A stretch of 64,000 nucleotides of DNA from Eledone cirrhosa (GCA_964016885.1 OZ024762.1:18600001-18664000); one strand, 5' to 3'. Numbered from the stretch's first letter, positions 13,616-26,367 are shown. Translations and numbers: made by a program. Notes: a model not told the origin generated them from the letters alone.

Positions 13616-15148
13616 GCAGTGGAGACTTCTGGTGTCCTTGGCCCTAGGGCTACCCCCCTACTCACCACCATAGGCGCTGAGCTGGCTACCCCTAGCAGTG
13701 GAGACTTCTGGTGTCCTTGGCCCTAGGGCTACCCCCTACTCGCCACCATAGGCGCTGAGCTGGCTACCCCTAGCAGTGGAGACTTCTGGTGTCCTTGGCC
13801 CTAGGGCTACCCCCCTACTCGCCAACATAGGCGCTGAGCTGGCTACCCCTAGCAGTGGAGACTTCTGGTGTCCTTGGCCCTAGGGCTACCCCCCTACTCG
13901 CCACCATAGGCGCTGAGCTGGCTACCCCTAGCAGTGGAGACTTCTGGTGTCCTTGGCCCTAGGGCTACCCCCCCTACTCACCACCATAGGCGCTGAGCTG
14001 GCTACCCCTAGCAGTGGAGACTTCTGGTGTCCTTGGCCCTAGGGCTACCCCCCTACTCGCCAACATAGGCGCTGAGCTGGCTACCCCTAGCAGTGGAGAC
14101 TTCTGGTGTCCTTGGCCCTAGGGCTACTTCCCTACTCACCACCATAGGCGCTGAGCTGGCTACCCCTAGCAGTGGAGACTTCTGGTGTCCTTGGCCCTAG
14201 GGCTACTTCCCTACTCACCACCATAGGCGCTGAGCTGGCTACCCCTAGCAGTGGAGACTTCTGGTGTCCTTGGCCCTAGGGCTACCCCCCTACTCGCCAC
14301 CATAGGCGCTGAGCTGGCTACCCCTAGCAGTGGAGACTTCTGGTGTCCTTGGCCCTAGGGCTACTTCCCTACTCGCCACCATAGGCGCTGAGCTGGCTAC
14401 CCCTAGCAGTGGAGACTTCTGGTGTCCTTGGCCCTAGGGCTACTTCCCTACTCGCCACCATAGGCGCTGAGCTGGCTACCCCTAGCAGTGGAGACTTCTG
14501 GTGTCCTTGGCCCTAGGGCTACTTCCCTACTCACCACCATAGGCGCTGAGCTGGCTACCCCTAGCAGTGGAGACTTCTGGTGTCCTTGGCCCTAGGGCTA
14601 CTTCCCTACTCACCACCATAGGCGCTGAGCTGGCTACCCCTAGCAGTGGAGACTTCTGGTGTCCTTGGCCCTAGGGCTACTTCCCTACTCACCACCATAG
14701 GCGCTGAGCTGGCTACCCCTAGCAGTGGAGACTTCTGGTGTCCTTGGCCCTAGGGCTACCCCCCTACTCACCACCATAGGCGCTGAGCTGGCTACCCCTA
14801 GCAGTGGAGACTTCTGGTGTCCTTGGCCCTAGGGCTACCCCCCTACTCGCCACCATAGGCGCTGAGCTGGCTACCCCTAGCAGTGGAGACTTCTGGTGTC
14901 CTTGGCCCTAGGGCTACCCCCCTACTCACCACCATAGGCGCTGAGCTGGCTACCCCTAGCAGTGGAGACTTCTGGTGTCCTTGGCCCTAGGGCTACCCCC
15001 CTACTCACCACCATAGGCGCTGAGCTGGCTACCCCTAGCAGTGGAGACTTCTGGTGTCCTTGGCCCTAGGGCTACCCCCCTACTCACCACCATAGGCGCT
15101 GAGCTGGCTACCCCTAGCAGTGGAGACTTCTGGTGTCCTTGGCCCTAG
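13537..15148. repeat. 79-bp GC-rich tandem array, about 20 copies
   Basis: Unit gcagtggagacttctggtgtccttggccctagggctacccccctactcaccaccataggcgctgagctggctacccct(a); starts at 13537, 13616, 13695 and so on. Few variant sites. Confidence 0.97.
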
Positions 15149-18100
15149 ATAGAAGAAAGGAGTTGATCGTTAGATCGGGCCAAGGAATCAATGTTTCCAT
15201 TGATCTTTCCATTGCTGATACTATCTGTCAGTCACAAATCCTGATAGAAGAAAGGAGTTGATCGTTAGATCGGGCCAAGGAAGCAGTGTTTCCATTGATC
15301 TTTCCATTGCTGATACTATCTGTCAGTCACAAATCCTGATAGAAGAAAGGAGTTGATCGTTAGATCGGGCCAAGGAATCAATGTTTCCATTGATCTTTCC
15401 ATTGCTGATACTATCTGTCAGTCACAAATCCTGATAGAAGAAAGGAGTTGATCGTTAGATCGGGCCAAGGAATCAATGTTTCCATTTTCCTTTCCATTGC
15501 TGATACTATCTGTCAGTCACAAATCCTGATAGAAGAAAGGAGTTGATCGTTAGATCGGGCCAAGGAATCAATGTTTCCATTTTCCTTTCCATTGCTGATA
15601 CTATCTGTCAGTCACAAATCCTGATAGAAGAAAGGAGTTGATCGTTAGATCGGGCCAAGGAATCAATGTTTCCATTGATCTTTCCATTGCTGATACTATC
15701 TGTCAGTCACAAATCCTGATAGAAGAAAGGAGTTGATCGTTAGATCGGGCCAAGGAATCAATGTTTCCATTTTCCTTTCCATTGCTGATACTATCTGTCA
15801 GTCACAAATCCTGATAGAAGAAAGGAGTTGATCGTTAGATCGGGCCAAGGAATCAATGTTTCCATTTTCCTTTCCATTGCTGATACTATCTGTCAGTCAC
15901 AAATCCTGATAGAAGAAAGGAGTTGATCGTTAGATCGGGCCAAGGAATCAATGTTTCCATTGATCTTTCCATTGCTGATACTATCTGTCAGTCACAAATC
16001 CTGATAGAAGAAAGGAGTTGATCGTTAGATCGGGCCAAGGAATCAATGTTTCCATTGATCTTTCCATTGCTGATACTATCTGTCAGTCACAAATCCTGAT
16101 AGAAGAAAGGAGTTGATCGTTAGATCGGGCCAAGGAATCAATGTTTCCATTGATCTTTCCATTGCTGATACTATCTGTCAGTCACAAATCCTGATAGAAG
16201 AAAGGAGTTGATCGTTAGATCGGGCCAAGGAATCAATGTTTCCATTGATCTTTCCATTGCTGATACTATCTGTCAGTCACAAATCCTGATAGAAGAAAGG
16301 AGTTGATCGTTAGATCGGGCCAAGGAATCAATGTTTCCATTTTCCTTTCCATTGCTGATACTATCTGTCAGTCACAAATCCTGATAGAAGAAAGGAGTTG
16401 ATCGTTAGATCGGGCCAAGGAATCAATGTTTCCATTTTCCTTTCCATTGCTGATACTATCTGTCAGTCACAAATCCTGATAGAAGAAAGGAGTTGATCGT
16501 TAGATCGGGCCAAGGAATCAATGTTTCCATTGATCTTTCCATTGCTGATACTATCTGTCAGTCACAAATCCTGATAGAAGAAAGGAGTTGATCGTTAGAT
16601 CGGGCCAAGGAATCAATGTTTCCATTGATCTTTCCATTGCTGATACTATCTGTCAGTCACAAATCCTGATAGAAGAAAGGAGTTGATCGTTAGATCGGGC
16701 CAAGGAATCAATGTTTCCATTTTCCTTTCCATTGCTGATACTATCTGTCAGTCACAAATCCTGATAGAAGAAAGGAGTTGATCGTTAGATCGGGCCAAGG
16801 AATCAATGTTTCCATTGATCTTTCCATTGCTGATACTATCTGTCAGTCACAAATCCTGATAGAAGAAAGGAGTTGATCGTTAGATCGGGCCAAGGAATCA
16901 ATGTTTCCATTTTCCTTTCCATTGCTGATACTATCTGTCAGTCACAAATCCTGATAGAAGAAAGGAGTTGATCGTTAGATCGGGCCAAGGAATCAATGTT
17001 TCCATTGATCTTTCCATTGCTGATACTATCTGTCAGTCACAAATCCTGATAGAAGAAAGGAGTTGATCGTTAGATCGGGCCAAGGAATCAATGTTTCCAT
17101 TGATCTTTCCATTGCTGATACTATCTGTCAGTCACAAATCCTGATAGAAGAAAGGAGTTGATCGTTAGATCGGGCCAAGGAATCAATGTTTCCATTGATC
17201 TTTCCATTGCTGATACTATCTGTCAGTCACAAATCCTGATAGAAGAAAGGAGTTGATCGTTAGATCGGGCCAAGGAATCAATGTTTCCATTTTCCTTTCC
17301 ATTGCTGATACTATCTGTCAGTCACAAATCCTGATAGAAGAAAGGAGTTGATCGTTAGATCGGGCCAAGGAATCAATGTTTCCATTGATCTTTCCATTGC
17401 TGATACTATCTGTCAGTCACAAATCCTGATAGAAGAAAGGAGTTGATCGTTAGATCGGGCCAAGGAATCAATGTTTCCATTGACCTTTCCATTGCTGATA
17501 CTATCTGTCAGTCACAAATCCTGATAGAAGAAAGGAGTTGATCGTTAGATCGGGCCAAGGAATCAATGTTTCCATTTTCCTTTCCATTGCTGATACTATC
17601 TGTCAGTCACAAATCCTGATAGAAGAAAGGAGTTGATCGTTAGATCGGGCCAAGGAATCAATGTTTCCATTGACCTTTCCATTGCTGATACTATCTGTCA
17701 GTCACAAATCCTGATAGAAGAAAGGAGTTGATCGTTAGATCGGGCCAAGGAATCAATGTTTCCATTGACCTTTCCATTGCTGATACTATCTGTCAGTCAC
17801 AAATCCTGATAGAAGAAAGGAGTTGATCGTTAGATCGGGCCAAGGAATCAATGTTTCCATTGATCTTTCCATTGCTGATACTATCTGTCAGTCACAAATC
17901 CTGATAGAAGAAAGGAGTTGATCGTTAGATCGGGCCAAGGAATCAATGTTTCCATTGACCTTTCCATTGCTGATACTATCTGTCAGTCACAAATCCTGAT
18001 AGAAGAAAGGAGTTGATCGTTAGATCGGGCCAAGGAATCAATGTTTCCATTGATCTTTCCATTGCTGATACTATCTGTCAGTCACAAATCCTGATAGAAG

Positions 18101-18362
18101 AAAGGAGTTGATCGTTAGATCGGGCCAAGGAATCAATGTTTCCATTGATCTTTCCATTGCTGATACTATCTGTCAGTCACAAATCCTGATAGAAGAAAGG
18201 AGTTGATCGTTAGATCGGGCCAAGGAATCAATGTTTCCATTGATCTTTCCATTGCTGATACTATCTGTCAGTCACAAATCCTGATAGAAGAAAGGAGTTG
18301 ATCGTTAGATCGGGCCAAGGAATCAATGTTTCCATTTTCCTTTCCATTGCTGATACTATCTG
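15148..18362. repeat. 95-bp tandem array, about 34 copies
   Basis: Unit gatagaagaaaggagttgatcgttagatcgggccaaggaatcaatgtttccattgatctttccattgctgatactatctgtcagtcacaaatcct; starts at 15148, 15243 and so on. Three alleles at one site (tgatc/tttcc/tgacc). Confidence 0.97.
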
Positions 18363-19171
18363 CCGTTCGCAACTTCAAACAGATGAAGCAACGTCAAACA
18401 AAGTATTTTCTTCTAGAACAAAACGCCCGACTTCAATATCCTAACCACTAGGCTATGTACCATTCAATTCCCTTTTTTTAAAATAAATAAAATGTCCAAC
18501 GAAATAGAAAGAAGTGGCGCAGGGTGGGGGTGGTGGTATATAAATTAACTGTACCGGTCACTCATAACGTGTAAGCCTTGGGTATAAATTAAAAAAGAAA
18601 ATTATTAAATATTAATCTATTGAATTTTAATTTCCGGAGAGGCATAAATCTACGATCTATTGATGTTTAACGAAATAATTTCTTTAAAAAAAAAATATGT
18701 GTATGTATGTATGTATGTGTGGGGATTGTGATTATTAAAAGATTTGGCTCAGTTATAAATTATCAAATTAATTCTTTACCAACACATTTTATATCTAGTG
18801 GTAATTTGAGAACTTAATCCGATTCTGTGCGAAAATTTGAAGTTATTAAAAGTTACTTAAAAGAATTTTGATATCATTTCCTAATTTCAAATATCATATT
18901 CTTTTGTGAGAACATTTGTATGCAAGTATCAGCTCTTCAGGATTTTATGTGATTAAACTAATCCTGTGCATTAGGCATGCATTGAAATCTTCTTTGTTTA
19001 TAGAATACAGCACGCAATTGTGTGGAGGTGCGTGGCTTATCGGTTAGGCCGTTCGGCTCAAGATCGTGAATTCGTTTTTTGCAGTGCGTCGTGTTCTTCA
19101 GCGTGACACTATATTTCAAGGGTGAGCCACGTTTCACCCTGTATCACGCTGAATCTCTATAAATTATTACC

Positions 19172-19389
19172 TTAACCCTTTAGCATTTAAATCGGCCGTA
19201 TCCGGCCATAATTCTCTCACTTCTTTCTGTTCAAACCGGTTGTAACTAGCCACTCATGGTATTGTTCTCAAAATAAATAATATCAAAATCTCATAGATTC
19301 GATATTATGTGAGATAATTATGTAAGATAAAGCTTTTACCACAAAAATACAATAGTATATATAGAGTAATGTAAATGGTAATGGGTTAA
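19172..19389. mobile_element. piggyBac-type MITE
   Basis: TTAA|CCCTTTAGCATTTA ... TAAATGGTAATGGG|TTAA (TTAA target duplication plus imperfect TIRs). Related copies at 31784-31990 and 51932-52150. Confidence 0.78.
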
Positions 19390-19579
19390 GTGTATATATG
19401 TCCGTAGAAAGGTTAGTCACTTAAATGTTAAGTACAATAGCTGTCTCTTACGTTGTGCAAGTGGAACACTTATCGAGACAGCAACCGCAGAAAGATAACA
19501 CTGAAGGGGAAACTTTGAAACGCTAACCATAACTAAAGCCGCTCTGTAGTAAAAGAAATAAAACTAAATATACCATAAC

Positions 19580-19860
19580 TATATTTTGAAGGAGGTAAAC
19601 CCCTCATATGGGATGCGACATGCTGGGACACGTTCTCCGCCTCCAAACCCCGGTACCGTGACCCGCAATGCAGAGGACAGGAAGACAAACAAATACCGGG
19701 GCTTGTTCGGATGCTTCTTCTTTGCACCAGTCGCTGTCGAAAGCTCAAGCGTCCTCGAAACCCGGACAGCTGACCTCCTCCATAAAATCGGATCGATAGC
19801 AGCCTGTGTCATTGGCCATTGTTGGCGGAGCGTAGCTGAAACACCGCTCTGACGTAGGTG
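19580..19860 (+). mobile_element. CRE-like non-LTR retrotransposon RLE-domain fragment (frameshifted)
   Basis: GGKPLIWDATCWDTFS in one frame, then AEDRKTNKYRGL...FAPVAVESSSVL..RTADLLHKIG in another. Typical GK.L.WDAT..DT / AE..K..KY / P.AVE motifs. Confidence 0.75.
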
Positions 19861-20071
19861 TAGTATCTGACACTCTATCAACTTTCCCCCTTTTTTGTTT
19901 TATCTAATTGTTCTTGCCCTACCCCTTCTTTTCCTCTCATTTATGGCATTTATAGTGCTTTGCTATACTGCTCCATTCTTCTATAACTAAATATACTAAA
20001 ACAAATATAACATTGAAAATGTAACTTTGAAACGCTATACATAACTAAAACCAGTCTGTATTAAAATAAAT

Positions 20072-20469
20072 AATTGTTTCTACTTTTGGCACAAGGCCAG
20101 CAATTATCCCAGTGCATTACTGGTACTTTATTTTATCGACCCCGTAAGGATGAAAGGCAAAGTTAACCTCGGCAGGATTTGAACTCAGACCGTAAAGGGG
20201 CGTAACTCTATGCTACAAAGTATGCCGTCCGAGCCTCTACCGATACTGCCAATCCAACACCCTTGTATTAAAATAAATAATTGTTTCTACTTTTGGCACA
20301 AGGCCAGCAATTACCCAGTAGATTACTGGTACTTTATTTTATCGACCCCATGAGGATGAAAGGCAAAGTTAACCTCGGCAGGATTTGAACTCAGACTGTA
20401 AAGGGGCGTAACTCTATGCTACAAAGTATGCCGTCCGAGCCTCTACCGATACTGCCAATCCACCACCCT
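20072..20469 (-). mobile_element. Tandem pair of tRNA-derived SINEs (family S1)
   Basis: Each ~190-bp copy has an A box (tggcagtatcgg) and B box (gagttcaaatcc) on minus, a central gcctttcatcc...gtcgataaaataaagtaccag domain and a gtagaaacaatta tail. The same 18-bp tgtattaaaataaataat lies at 20057, 20264 and 20470. Confidence 0.88.
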
Positions 20470-20789
20470 TGTATTAAAATAAATAATACAACCATGATTC
20501 TTTCTGTAAAGCCCACTTTTCTTTTGGAAAAAATACAATAATGTATTTTATATGAAATAATTTTTCTCGTTGTGTACTGTAAATTTGCATGTATGGGCTT
20601 GGCTGAAAAGTCCATAGGCTGACTATGAAGGAATGATGCTAGAGCTGTGAAATCTTGCATGCACTTATTTCAATTCTTCTTATTAGTAACTGCATTGTTT
20701 CTTTCACCATTTGCTCAGCCCATGAGAGTATTTGGTCAGCCTACAGTGTATATCTTCTTATCAAGTCGCTACACCACACACATCTCATC

Positions 20790-21620
20790 CAGTGTTACAC
20801 AAGGAGCCTTACCTGGTGTGTTAAGGTTTCAAGGTCCTTAAGTGTTCATGAATCTTCAAGATTGGGGCAAACTAGAAGGTGCTCCTTAATTTGTAATTGC
20901 CCGCATTGAAAGTTGGAATCATCATCAGTGGTATATCTATAGCGACCAACAGCTGTTCAGGGGTGATTTAGGCAGGACCAGAAGGACCAAGTATCACTGG
21001 AGCCAGGGGAGAGGGATTCTGTAGGGCTGAGAGAGATACTATGTTCCACATTAAGATGGCTGCACCACAGGGACAGCTGCTGACTAGAAGCTCTGTTGTT
21101 CAGTAGTTCAACTGAGTGTAGGAAGCTGTGTCTTGACTTGAACTTCTTTGTCATTGGTTCAAAGCCGTAGAGTGGATGACAAGGGGGTCAGTTTCATGCT
21201 TCAACTCCTAAAGTTGGGAGTGGACTGTCCTTCTGATGCGATGGGGAACAATGTCACTAAGCAAGGGGAGGTCATCCACTTTGGTTGGCTTGAGATACTC
21301 AGTGATTGGTCTGCAAGAGTTGTTTAGGACAGGGTCGATTTTCTTTGCATGTGATGATCTGATCCACACTGGTGAGACATATTCTGTTGTGGAGTAGCAA
21401 AGGGGGGTTAGGGTTATGGTGTGGATTGTATCGACATCGGCACCCCATTTGGTGTTAGCCAGCTTAATTAAGATGTCGTTTCTTGATCTGCCGAACGTGG
21501 CATTACTCTTTGCAATATGGTCCTTGTATGTAAGAGACCGGTCCAGAATGACCCCAAGGTAGATAAGCTTGGAAGTGTACACTAACCGTCTTCCATACCA
21601 GTTAATCTTGAGCTGGCGGT
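20790..21620 (-). mobile_element. 3' fragment of an APE-type LINE (Jockey/I-group, Ingi/Vingi-like), RT thumb and C-terminal region
   Basis: YLGVILDRSLTYKDH...KLANTKWGA...CYSTTEYVSPVW..S.HAKKID..LN...R.IT..LKPT...L..LS.I.P..IRR, followed by HPLYG...KSR.SF and a degenerate Cys/His tail. Confidence 0.8.
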
Positions 21621-22499
21621 TAGATGTGGCAGAGATTGAACTGTAGCTGGCGGGATCTTTTCCGGGCTTCAGTAATGCTATTACTTTAGCTTACCTCCAT
21701 ATATTTGGGATCTTGTTGGAGCTCAAGCATTCATTGAGTATCTCAAGCCATGTAAGAGTAACTGGGGCCATATCCTTAATCTGGTCAATAAGGATGTTGT
21801 ATATATAAAAAGACGTTAGGGGCACCTTAAAAAAATATTTTTCTTAAATAACGTGATCTGTATAGAAATCTGGAATTGCATAACCCATTAGCTTTCGCAA
21901 TATATAAATATATATATATAAATATAAATTCAGCGAGAATCGCATTTCGGCGGGTAAAAAAAGCGAAACGTAACGCAAATTCAGAGTCATGCTGGCAAGC
22001 GCTCCAATGGCTAAAAAACCAGAGCTATAAACATAGGTTATAAACGCCATACAAACTGATAAGGCGGTCAAGAAGGCATTAACCAGCTAAGCCAAAAAAC
22101 AAGCCAAGCTAAACAGGTCAGACAAAATAAATGACATAATCATACATATATATATATAACTAACCTGGAACCTTGGAATTGATGTTAAAATCCAATAACA
22201 AGGTTTCTGTGACACCTAAATCAATAATACTGTCTGCTTAAAACCATAAGGTTTTGGTATAATGATCGAACGAGGAATATCACATTATCAACAGGTATTT
22301 TGTTCTGCGCTAGTATTGAGTGTGACGTAGTGTTTTGTAAAAGCAAATGTGTAACTCACAAAGGGAAAAACCCCAGAATTTGGCAAATGAATTCAGTATG
22401 TGTAAATCATGCAAAAAATTACATAAACAGCACAAATAAACTTATACAATTAATCTGTCAATAGAATTATTAACAGGTTAATTGTAAGACTCGGGAGAT

Positions 22500-22597
<98 letters not shown>

Positions 22598-22997
22598 TAT
22601 ATCTATATATGTATATATATATAGTAATAATAATAAATTTGAAGAGTAACACCCAAAGAGGGCTCGATATTTTAAGATATATATATTTATATATATATGT
22701 GTGTGTTTCTGAGTGTGTGTATGTTGTGAAATTACACACATGTACATTTATATAAAATAAATTTTATTTTAATCCACTTTTACACCCATAACACACACAT
22801 ATATATATATATAAACAAATATAAGGGAAGACGGGAAGATAGAGGGAAGCTGAGAATAAGAAGTAAAGAGAGTGTCAGAAAAACAGAAAGAGAGAGAGAG
22901 AGAATGAGTGAGAGAGTGTGTGTGTGTGTGTGAGAGAGAAAGAGAGAAATTTTGATAAATAGTTAAATAGATATTAGGTGTTATACTTTTGTGTAAC

Positions 22998-23038
<41 letters not shown>

Positions 23039-23597
23039 CATGTGTGTATGTATGTATGCATGTATGTGTGTGTATGTATGATTGTATGTATGTGTATCGA
23101 TGATTGTATGTATGTGTGTGTGTATGTATGTATATATACATACATATATATATATTTATAATCATATATATACATGTATATATATATATATATACATACA
23201 CACAAACAGACATACACACCTATATATATATATATGATCATTTTCTATTTAACATCATACATCACTTTTCAAACTGGAATTCATCACCTTGTCATAGTGG
23301 CGCCATTTTTCTGAGATCTTAACGAAAAACCCCAAAAGTCTGATTAAGTAATATTCATAAGAATTGAGGGGGGGGGGGGGGGATAACGAAATAGTCGAAC
23401 AGTAAATAAACACATACCAGGACACACAGACATATGTACACACATATGTGAGTATGTATATATGTATATATATATTTATAAACATAGGTATATATATATA
23501 TATAAATATACATATATATTTATATATATATATATCTGTATATCTATATATATATATCTATGTATGTATGCAAATATATATATATATGATTATAAGT

Positions 23598-23629
<32 letters not shown>

Positions 23630-23634
23630 TATTT

Positions 23635-23671
<37 letters not shown>

Positions 23672-23699
23672 CTTATATATATATATATATATATTTATA

Positions 23700-23765
<66 letters not shown>

Positions 23766-23823
23766 CTTATATATATATATATATATATATTTATACTTAT
23801 ATATATATATATATATATTTATA

Positions 23824-23872
<49 letters not shown>

Positions 23873-23987
23873 ATTTATATATATATATATTTATACTTAT
23901 ATATATATTTATACTTATATATATATATATTTATACTTACATATATATGTTTATACTTATATATATATATATATTTATACTTATATA

Positions 23988-24039
<52 letters not shown>

Positions 24040-24342
24040 ATGTATATATACAACAATAGTTTATTTCAAAATGTAATTGTATAGCTCTTCAACAGATACA
24101 GATGTCTCACATGACTTGTTGAATATAACGCTACACACACACACACATTCACGCACATATACTCACACACACATACACACACACACACACATATATATAT
24201 ACACATATACACACACAGATAAATATATATATATATATATATATATATGACCAAAAGTGTATATGGTTCGTTGATTATTCAACGAATACAATTTTACAAT
24301 AGATTAGAAACACTCGACAAGAATTTATCTGGAGTATTTAAT

Positions 24343-24533
24343 ATTGTTTCTACTTTTGGCACAAGGCCAGCAATTATCCGAGTGCATTACTGGTACTTTA
24401 TTTTATCGACCCCGTAAGGATGAAAGGCAAAGTTAACCTAGGCGGGATTTGAACTCAGAATGGCAAGGGCCGTAACTCTATGCATCAAAGCATGGCATCC
24501 AACCCTCTACCGATACTGCCAATTCACCGCCCT
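24343..24533 (-). mobile_element. Full-length S1 SINE with 18-bp TSD
   Basis: TSD tctggagtatttaatatt at 24328-24345 and 24534-24551; A and B boxes. Confidence 0.9.
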
Positions 24534-24597
24534 TCTGGAGTATTTAATATTATTAAAATATTAATAAATGAAAAATATTCTCATAACCAAAGTATAT

Positions 24598-24658
24598 ATT
24601 TTATTATACATATTTCAAAGGTACAATGGTGTTTCAGTACGTTTTCATCAGATAAAAT
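24598..24658 (-). ncRNA. Type I hammerhead ribozyme
   Basis: Minus strand: attttat CTGATGA aaacgtac...gtaccttt GAAA tatgt ATA ataaaat. 7-bp stem I, 7/8-bp stem II, minimal stem III. Confidence 0.7.
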
Positions 24659-24715
24659 ATATGAGAGATTGGATATGTGACCTACCGCTATGGTTTTGAT
24701 TATTCAATTCCTGTA

Positions 24716-25183
24716 TGTGTGTCAGTTATTTAATTAAATGGTTGAGAATTCCAGTTTTGTTCTTCTTGGAAAGATCTCGAGTAGCAGAAATTTCTGTGAG
24801 TCACTATGTACAACTTAGCTTGGGTTTATGCATATATATATATATATATATATATAGGAACGAGTAGGACCCCGACGGCTGAGCTCAAGCCGTTTCGACG
24901 GCAAATTCTGGACTAAATGAACATTTTTATCCTGGTATATGAAAAGCCGAGCTTCTCAGGGGGTAATTCCATATATGGTAAAAGTTATTGTCACAAGGGT
25001 TGGTCAAAAGTTCGTTGTTGAGACACATAATTCTATCATGGCAATTTGTGAAGGGAAGGGGTAGCTGAACTTGCCAGTGTGCATAAACCCACACTAATAC
25101 TGACTCACAGAAATTTCTGCTTCTCGAGACCTTTTCAAGGAGAACAAGACTAGAATTCTCAGCCATTTAATTTAATGACTGAC
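24716..25183. repeat. Diverged ~110-bp inverted repeat pair
   Basis: 24737-24831 (aaatggttgagaattcc...cagaaatttctgtgagtca...tgggtttatgca) mirrored at 25080-25170. Confidence 0.55.
24855..24915 (-). mobile_element. Family B truncated copy
   Basis: taggaac.agta.gaccccgacggctgagctcaagccgtttcgacgg...ttctggact, directly after (TA)n. Confidence 0.6.
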
Positions 25184-25211
25184 GCGTACACACATACACA
25201 ACCACACACAA

Positions 25212-25262
<51 letters not shown>

Positions 25263-25395
25263 TACATATATATATATATATCACCAACAGCTTTGCAAGA
25301 GATGTCAACATGAATGGTCCTGTTATTTTTATCTAAAGAAATTTTTTCCAATTCCATCCCGCCTGTCCATTCAATCTATCTTATTTCACATTCTT

Positions 25396-25431
25396 TCTTC
25401 TGATGAAAGACTGGCGTCCGAAACGTTAAGA
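25396..25431 (+). ncRNA. Minimal type I hammerhead motif (Penelope-type, probably dimer-dependent)
   Basis: tctt CTGATGA aagac-tggc-gtcc GAAA c GTT aaga. Stem III essentially absent, stem II weak. Confidence 0.5.
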
Positions 25432-25515
25432 CCCTCTTCCTGCTAAATCAAGCGTTAACCTAATATATCCCTTCCATATACTGTACCGATTGTGTTGTTA
25501 TTTCTGTTTACCTTT

Positions 25516-25546
<31 letters not shown>

Positions 25547-26150
25547 GTAATCTGAGTTTTTCGAATATTAATAATAATATTTGATTCGTTTGCAATTATG
25601 CAAACAAGCCTCCTTTTTAAAGCCATATCAGTAGAATGAGCCCCTCATTATTGTTCTTGTGTTGGCATGTAAACAGAACTGCAGACCCTAATGTTTCTGG
25701 GTATTACCCTTCATCAGTACAGTTCACTGTTCACCAGCCAACTCTCAGAGCTAGTGAAAATATATTTTCTAAAATATACAGTGACTGATCGGCCTGATTT
25801 GCATATTAGCAGACTGGCTGATCAGTCAGATCTGCATATTAGCAGATCCACTGATCAGCCAAATTTGGATATCAGTAGACGGGCCAGTCAGTAACAACAA
25901 AAAAGAAAAACAGTAGAAAATTCTAAAGGAATTTTCTCTCAGAATAACAGTAAGACATTTATTTACAAAATAGGAATTTCCATATTTTTCGTACCGGTTT
26001 CAGTTTATGAGCTTCTTCACGCGACAGAAGTGTATAATGTAATTAAATTGTATATTAATAAGAATATGGAAAAAAGTAACATGGTTTACATACATATATA
26101 TAGAGAAAAGTTCGCGTTTTTCTTAAACACCGAAGATTAAAAACATTATC

Positions 26151-26228
26151 AAACTGACAAATGTTTCAGCCGGGCTAGAATTCTATATTATAATTTAACC
26201 TGATTTAGAATAATGTTCATCAGAGTTC
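26151..26228 (-). ncRNA. Degenerate type I hammerhead ribozyme
   Basis: Minus strand: gaact CTGATGA ... GAAA cattt GTC agttt. Stem II only partly paired (attcta/tagaat). Confidence 0.5.
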
Positions 26229-26367
26229 ATTAAAGGTTTTATTCATATTTCACATATAGTAACAGTTCATTACATTAAAGCACTCATTAATTATTCATTA
26301 TGTTAACAATTTACAGAAACTCTCAAAAAATGTTTAATATTCCCCAAAGCAAAAACAATTGTGTGTG

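Noticed and set aside
13537-18362. CRISPR-like appearance of the regular arrays
   Set aside because: Units are contiguous and near-identical with no unique spacers, no cas genes, and a eukaryotic context.
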